44,326 bases of DNA, taken from NCBI GenBank assembly GCA_032718475.1, contig JAUCBJ010002513.1:1-44326 (forward strand), written 5' to 3'. Each line of letters begins with the position of its first letter. Position 1 is the stretch's first letter. The translations under genes were made by a program, and so were the position numbers. Of this stretch, positions 36,369 to 44,326 are shown piece after piece. This DNA is from Nemertoderma westbladi. Lineage: Eukaryota; Animalia; Xenacoelomorpha. The notes below the pieces were generated by a model. It saw nothing but the letters and a program-made list of their open reading frames with translations, made no database searches and was not told the DNA's origin.

Positions 36369-39300
36369 ATCGGATCGGATCGGATCGGATCGGATCGGAT
36401 CGGATCGGATCGGATCGGATCGGATCGGATCGGATCGGATCGGATCGGATCGGATCGGATCGGATCGGATCGGATCGGATCGGATCGGATCGGATCGGAT
36501 CGGATCGGATCGGATCGGATCGGATCGGATCGGATCGGATCGGATCGGATCGGATCGGATCGGATCGGATCGGATCGGATCGGATCGGATCGGATCGGAT
36601 CGGATCGGATCGGATCGGATCGGATCGGATCGGATCGGATCGGATCGGATCGGATCGGATCGGATCGGATCGGATCGGATCGGATCGGATCGGATCGGAT
36701 CGGATCGGATCGGATCGGATCGGATCGGATCGGATCGGATCGGATCGGATCGGATCGGATCGGATCGGATCGGATCGGATCGGATCGGATCGGATCGGAT
36801 CGGATCGGATCGGATCGGATCGGATCGGATCGGATCGGATCGGATCGGATCGGATCGGATCGGATCGGATCGGATCGGATCGGATCGGATCGGATCGGAT
36901 CGGATCGGATCGGATCGGATCGGATCGGATCGGATCGGATCGGATCGGATCGGATCGGATCGGATCGGATCGGATCGGATCGGATCGGATCGGATCGGAT
37001 CGGATCGGATCGGATCGGATCGGATCGGATCGGATCGGATCGGATCGGATCGGATCGGATCGGATCGGATCGGATCGGATCGGATCGGATCGGATCGGAT
37101 CGGATCGGATCGGATCGGATCGGATCGGATCGGATCGGATCGGATCGGATCGGATCGGATCGGATCGGATCGGATCGGATCGGATCGGATCGGATCGGAT
37201 CGGATCGGATCGGATCGGATCGGATCGGATCGGATCGGATCGGATCGGATCGGATCGGATCGGATCGGATCGGATCGGATCGGATCGGATCGGATCGGAT
37301 CGGATCGGATCGGATCGGATCGGATCGGATCGGATCGGATCGGATCGGATCGGATCGGATCGGATCGGATCGGATCGGATCGGATCGGATCGGATCGGAT
37401 CGGATCGGATCGGATCGGATCGGATCGGATCGGATCGGATCGGATCGGATCGGATCGGATCGGATCGGATCGGATCGGATCGGATCGGATCGGATCGGAT
37501 CGGATCGGATCGGATCGGATCGGATCGGATCGGATCGGATCGGATCGGATCGGATCGGATCGGATCGGATCGGATCGGATCGGATCGGATCGGATCGGAT
37601 CGGATCGGATCGGATCGGATCGGATCGGATCGGATCGGATCGGATCGGATCGGATCGGATCGGATCGGATCGGATCGGATCGGATCGGATCGGATCGGAT
37701 CGGATCGGATCGGATCGGATCGGATCGGATCGGATCGGATCGGATCGGATCGGATCGGATCGGATCGGATCGGATCGGATCGGATCGGATCGGATCGGAT
37801 CGGATCGGATCGGATCGGATCGGATCGGATCGGATCGGATCGGATCGGATCGGATCGGATCGGATCGGATCGGATCGGATCGGATCGGATCGGATCGGAT
37901 CGGATCGGATCGGATCGGATCGGATCGGATCGGATCGGATCGGATCGGATCGGATCGGATCGGATCGGATCGGATCGGATCGGATCGGATCGGATCGGAT
38001 CGGATCGGATCGGATCGGATCGGATCGGATCGGATCGGATCGGATCGGATCGGATCGGATCGGATCGGATCGGATCGGATCGGATCGGATCGGATCGGAT
38101 CGGATCGGATCGGATCGGATCGGATCGGATCGGATCGGATCGGATCGGATCGGATCGGATCGGATCGGATCGGATCGGATCGGATCGGATCGGATCGGAT
38201 CGGATCGGATCGGATCGGATCGGATCGGATCGGATCGGATCGGATCGGATCGGATCGGATCGGATCGGATCGGATCGGATCGGATCGGATCGGATCGGAT
38301 CGGATCGGATCGGATCGGATCGGATCGGATCGGATCGGATCGGATCGGATCGGATCGGATCGGATCGGATCGGATCGGATCGGATCGGATCGGATCGGAT
38401 CGGATCGGATCGGATCGGATCGGATCGGATCGGATCGGATCGGATCGGATCGGATCGGATCGGATCGGATCGGATCGGATCGGATCGGATCGGATCGGAT
38501 CGGATCGGATCGGATCGGATCGGATCGGATCGGATCGGATCGGATCGGATCGGATCGGATCGGATCGGATCGGATCGGATCGGATCGGATCGGATCGGAT
38601 CGGATCGGATCGGATCGGATCGGATCGGATCGGATCGGATCGGATCGGATCGGATCGGATCGGATCGGATCGGATCGGATCGGATCGGATCGGATCGGAT
38701 CGGATCGGATCGGATCGGATCGGATCGGATCGGATCGGATCGGATCGGATCGGATCGGATCGGATCGGATCGGATCGGATCGGATCGGATCGGATCGGAT
38801 CGGATCGGATCGGATCGGATCGGATCGGATCGGATCGGATCGGATCGGATCGGATCGGATCGGATCGGATCGGATCGGATCGGATCGGATCGGATCGGAT
38901 CGGATCGGATCGGATCGGATCGGATCGGATCGGATCGGATCGGATCGGATCGGATCGGATCGGATCGGATCGGATCGGATCGGATCGGATCGGATCGGAT
39001 CGGATCGGATCGGATCGGATCGGATCGGATCGGATCGGATCGGATCGGATCGGATCGGATCGGATCGGATCGGATCGGATCGGATCGGATCGGATCGGAT
39101 CGGATCGGATCGGATCGGATCGGATCGGATCGGATCGGATCGGATCGGATCGGATCGGATCGGATCGGATCGGATCGGATCGGATCGGATCGGATCGGAT
39201 CGGATCGGATCGGATCGGATCGGATCGGATCGGATCGGATCGGATCGGATCGGATCGGATCGGATCGGATCGGATCGGATCGGATCGGATCGGATCGGAT

Positions 39301-42300
39301 CGGATCGGATCGGATCGGATCGGATCGGATCGGATCGGATCGGATCGGATCGGATCGGATCGGATCGGATCGGATCGGATCGGATCGGATCGGATCGGAT
39401 CGGATCGGATCGGATCGGATCGGATCGGATCGGATCGGATCGGATCGGATCGGATCGGATCGGATCGGATCGGATCGGATCGGATCGGATCGGATCGGAT
39501 CGGATCGGATCGGATCGGATCGGATCGGATCGGATCGGATCGGATCGGATCGGATCGGATCGGATCGGATCGGATCGGATCGGATCGGATCGGATCGGAT
39601 CGGATCGGATCGGATCGGATCGGATCGGATCGGATCGGATCGGATCGGATCGGATCGGATCGGATCGGATCGGATCGGATCGGATCGGATCGGATCGGAT
39701 CGGATCGGATCGGATCGGATCGGATCGGATCGGATCGGATCGGATCGGATCGGATCGGATCGGATCGGATCGGATCGGATCGGATCGGATCGGATCGGAT
39801 CGGATCGGATCGGATCGGATCGGATCGGATCGGATCGGATCGGATCGGATCGGATCGGATCGGATCGGATCGGATCGGATCGGATCGGATCGGATCGGAT
39901 CGGATCGGATCGGATCGGATCGGATCGGATCGGATCGGATCGGATCGGATCGGATCGGATCGGATCGGATCGGATCGGATCGGATCGGATCGGATCGGAT
40001 CGGATCGGATCGGATCGGATCGGATCGGATCGGATCGGATCGGATCGGATCGGATCGGATCGGATCGGATCGGATCGGATCGGATCGGATCGGATCGGAT
40101 CGGATCGGATCGGATCGGATCGGATCGGATCGGATCGGATCGGATCGGATCGGATCGGATCGGATCGGATCGGATCGGATCGGATCGGATCGGATCGGAT
40201 CGGATCGGATCGGATCGGATCGGATCGGATCGGATCGGATCGGATCGGATCGGATCGGATCGGATCGGATCGGATCGGATCGGATCGGATCGGATCGGAT
40301 CGGATCGGATCGGATCGGATCGGATCGGATCGGATCGGATCGGATCGGATCGGATCGGATCGGATCGGATCGGATCGGATCGGATCGGATCGGATCGGAT
40401 CGGATCGGATCGGATCGGATCGGATCGGATCGGATCGGATCGGATCGGATCGGATCGGATCGGATCGGATCGGATCGGATCGGATCGGATCGGATCGGAT
40501 CGGATCGGATCGGATCGGATCGGATCGGATCGGATCGGATCGGATCGGATCGGATCGGATCGGATCGGATCGGATCGGATCGGATCGGATCGGATCGGAT
40601 CGGATCGGATCGGATCGGATCGGATCGGATCGGATCGGATCGGATCGGATCGGATCGGATCGGATCGGATCGGATCGGATCGGATCGGATCGGATCGGAT
40701 CGGATCGGATCGGATCGGATCGGATCGGATCGGATCGGATCGGATCGGATCGGATCGGATCGGATCGGATCGGATCGGATCGGATCGGATCGGATCGGAT
40801 CGGATCGGATCGGATCGGATCGGATCGGATCGGATCGGATCGGATCGGATCGGATCGGATCGGATCGGATCGGATCGGATCGGATCGGATCGGATCGGAT
40901 CGGATCGGATCGGATCGGATCGGATCGGATCGGATCGGATCGGATCGGATCGGATCGGATCGGATCGGATCGGATCGGATCGGATCGGATCGGATCGGAT
41001 CGGATCGGATCGGATCGGATCGGATCGGATCGGATCGGATCGGATCGGATCGGATCGGATCGGATCGGATCGGATCGGATCGGATCGGATCGGATCGGAT
41101 CGGATCGGATCGGATCGGATCGGATCGGATCGGATCGGATCGGATCGGATCGGATCGGATCGGATCGGATCGGATCGGATCGGATCGGATCGGATCGGAT
41201 CGGATCGGATCGGATCGGATCGGATCGGATCGGATCGGATCGGATCGGATCGGATCGGATCGGATCGGATCGGATCGGATCGGATCGGATCGGATCGGAT
41301 CGGATCGGATCGGATCGGATCGGATCGGATCGGATCGGATCGGATCGGATCGGATCGGATCGGATCGGATCGGATCGGATCGGATCGGATCGGATCGGAT
41401 CGGATCGGATCGGATCGGATCGGATCGGATCGGATCGGATCGGATCGGATCGGATCGGATCGGATCGGATCGGATCGGATCGGATCGGATCGGATCGGAT
41501 CGGATCGGATCGGATCGGATCGGATCGGATCGGATCGGATCGGATCGGATCGGATCGGATCGGATCGGATCGGATCGGATCGGATCGGATCGGATCGGAT
41601 CGGATCGGATCGGATCGGATCGGATCGGATCGGATCGGATCGGATCGGATCGGATCGGATCGGATCGGATCGGATCGGATCGGATCGGATCGGATCGGAT
41701 CGGATCGGATCGGATCGGATCGGATCGGATCGGATCGGATCGGATCGGATCGGATCGGATCGGATCGGATCGGATCGGATCGGATCGGATCGGATCGGAT
41801 CGGATCGGATCGGATCGGATCGGATCGGATCGGATCGGATCGGATCGGATCGGATCGGATCGGATCGGATCGGATCGGATCGGATCGGATCGGATCGGAT
41901 CGGATCGGATCGGATCGGATCGGATCGGATCGGATCGGATCGGATCGGATCGGATCGGATCGGATCGGATCGGATCGGATCGGATCGGATCGGATCGGAT
42001 CGGATCGGATCGGATCGGATCGGATCGGATCGGATCGGATCGGATCGGATCGGATCGGATCGGATCGGATCGGATCGGATCGGATCGGATCGGATCGGAT
42101 CGGATCGGATCGGATCGGATCGGATCGGATCGGATCGGATCGGATCGGATCGGATCGGATCGGATCGGATCGGATCGGATCGGATCGGATCGGATCGGAT
42201 CGGATCGGATCGGATCGGATCGGATCGGATCGGATCGGATCGGATCGGATCGGATCGGATCGGATCGGATCGGATCGGATCGGATCGGATCGGATCGGAT

Positions 42301-42374
42301 CGGATCGGATCGGATCGGATCGGATCGGATCGGATCGGATCGGATCGGATCGGATCGGATCGGATCGGATCGGA
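36369..42374. repeat. Perfect pentanucleotide array (CGGAT)n, about 1200 copies, 6.0 kb
   Basis: No visible interruption across 36371-42370. Confidence 0.99.
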
Positions 42375-42400
42375 CGGCGTCTGACTATAAATGCACCCTA

Positions 42401-42840
42401 GCAGGATTCTCGATTCAGGGATTGAGTACAGCCTGACAGTACCGGTACACATGGTACATGCAGAATTGCAAAATTTGTCAGAAAACCAGCTGATTTATCC
42501 TACAGTAATAATAATTTAACGCATTTTAAATTTGGATAAATAAATTTATTATAACTGCAATAACAGTTACACTGATGCTGCACGAAGGCCCCACGCAAAT
42601 TCTACTTGGAAAATTTTCAAACTTTTGCCAAACAACATGTGTACCAAGTTTGGATAGATTTCATCAAGGATTGGCCGAGTTATTAACGTTTAAAATAAAA
42701 TACTGAAAAAAAACGCGACAGAACGACAGGTTGATTAATGGTACCACTACGCTAAGGCTCACTCACTTCGTGGCTCGCCCCATAGGTTGATTAATGGTAC
42801 CACTACGCTAAGGCTCTCTCACTTCGTGGCTCGCCCCACA
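42401..42840 (+). repeat. Direct-repeat copy 2 with a different, tandemly duplicated 3' end
   Basis: Matches 34747-35096, then continues with two copies of about 56 bp: GGTTGATTAATGGTACCACTACGCTAAGGCTC.CTCACTTCGTGGCTCGCCC. Confidence 0.85.
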
Positions 42841-43665
42841 ATTACTGATTTACAGTATTACTGTAGTGCTTGGGGGTGTTGTGTGTGAGATTGAGAGTAC
42901 AGTATTTCTATACTGATTAATTACTAAAACAGTAAAATAAACAATAAACATACAGAGTAATGTAAATACAGAATATATTTAGTTACAGTGCCGGTAGGTT
43001 ATTATCACAATGGTTTTTTTTTTATATTTACAGTTATTATAAATTTTAGTTAAATAAATAAATATATACAAATTTTATTTGTTCAGTATAGATGGCGGCT
43101 AAATTGTGCGAAATTGTAGGCCCTTCAGAATTTAGTCGGATTTCAGATTTGCACCTACCGGTACGCACTTTGCGCTTTATTCATAACAACATAAAGATAC
43201 TTATAACGATCAGTATCAGTAAAAAAAATACCCTGACTACAGTGAACAGCTAACATCTACACTACAGTACGTCTTAATCGTATAATAAAATAAAAACTTC
43301 TGGGGTCTTATTAATTAATTTTTGGTCGACCAAAAATTAATTTTTGGTCGACCATAAATTATGACGTCATGGAGAACTTCTGAAAAAAATAATAAAAAAA
43401 TTAATTAATTGGCAGAGATCAGCCACCGTAAGGTTGTGTTGGTCAATTACAGTAGGAATTATATGACTGTTCGTTGTCCTAGGTGATATTGTTAATTGTT
43501 AATAGTAATAATGTTGGTGGTACTTAGTACTGTCTGTTTGTCTTTCAGTCTTTGTATTGATATTGATCAATCGTTTGCTTTTGACAGTTTGTTGGGTGTG
43601 TGAAAAATAATTGCTAAGTTGACTGCAGTGGGGGGCATGGAGTATGCAGTGGGGGGCATGGAGTA

Positions 43666-44050
43666 TGGTGTCGTCGGTCGTCGCGTTACGGCTACTGTCG
43701 CATTACAGCTATTTTTTTTGGGAGATTAGCCGTAACGCGACTTTCAAAGTCGCGGTACAGTTTATAATAAGTTTATTAATAAGTTTACGGAGGAGGTAGA
43801 GGAGGTGTGGGGGGGGGGGGGGGGGGGGGTGGTTATACCATCTTTCATACTGTATGTTTGATAATGATTCCCTATGTAAAACCAAGACAATAGATTAGCC
43901 GTAACGCGACAATTAGCCGTAACGCGACAATTAGCCGTAACGCGACTTTTTGAGTAGCCATACCGCGACTTTTAAAGTCGCGTTACGGCTACTCTGAAAA
44001 TTAGCCGCAACGGGACTTCCCGTAACGCGACATTAGCCGTACAGCCACTG
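43666..44050. mobile_element. MITE built from direct and inverted TAGCCGTAACGCGAC repeats
   Basis: About 10 copies in both orientations. Flanked by the direct repeat TGGAGTAT (43659-43666, 44049-44056), or by GAGTA if the right end is CCACTG. Confidence 0.7.
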
Positions 44051-44326
44051 GAGTATTGCCGGCATGTGGCAAGACACTGAATTAAGACACTATTATTGCA
44101 GCATAGCAGCAGTGTAACTGTAGGCCTATAACTGTATAAATATTTAATACAATACAGCGCCTAAATATTAAATTAAATACTGCAATATTATAAATAAGCC
44201 TTACTACAGTAGGTCTACTGTTAATATGTATGCCTAATTTGCCACATGTATTTGGGTATTGTATTTGTGTTTGTATTTTTGTATTTATTTATTTTATGTA
44301 TTTGGCTATGTATCATGCAATATGAA

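Noticed and set aside
36369-42374. Telomere
   Set aside because: Interstitial, with complex sequence on both sides, and not a telomeric motif I recognise.
36319-42452. About 2000-aa GSDRI/SDPIR ORFs
   Set aside because: Artefact of a stop-free pentamer repeat.
34747-42729. LTR retrotransposon suggested by about 340-bp direct repeats
   Set aside because: No TG..CA ends, PBS, PPT or gag/pol; the repeats have Helentron-like features.

Overview
Eukaryotic (animal-like, probably invertebrate) genomic DNA that is AT-rich and dense in repeats and transposons. It carries one intact 3-exon Nup107 gene (minus strand), whose stop codon lies 18 bp from a >=3.97-kb 16-bp satellite. Other coding sequence comprises a 1043-aa DUF6729-like putative DDE transposase ORF, an intronless RING-H2 gene, decayed CRE-, RTE- and CR1/L2-type non-LTR retrotransposons, and two pseudogene fragments (ALDH3, DDX1) between Helentron-like ends. 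There are also many MITE, foldback and Helentron-like elements and a perfect 6-kb (CGGAT)n array. The most striking signal is a recurrent micro-insertion: a 5-bp duplication split by CAG/CTG (or CA/TG). It riddles both pseudogenes and promoter-proximal DNA, and removing the insertions locally restores the ALDH3 and DDX1 reading frames. It looks like the excision scar of a cut-and-paste element with CAG...CTG ends and a 5-bp target duplication that I cannot assign to a known superfamily. All family assignments come from recalled motifs, not database searches.
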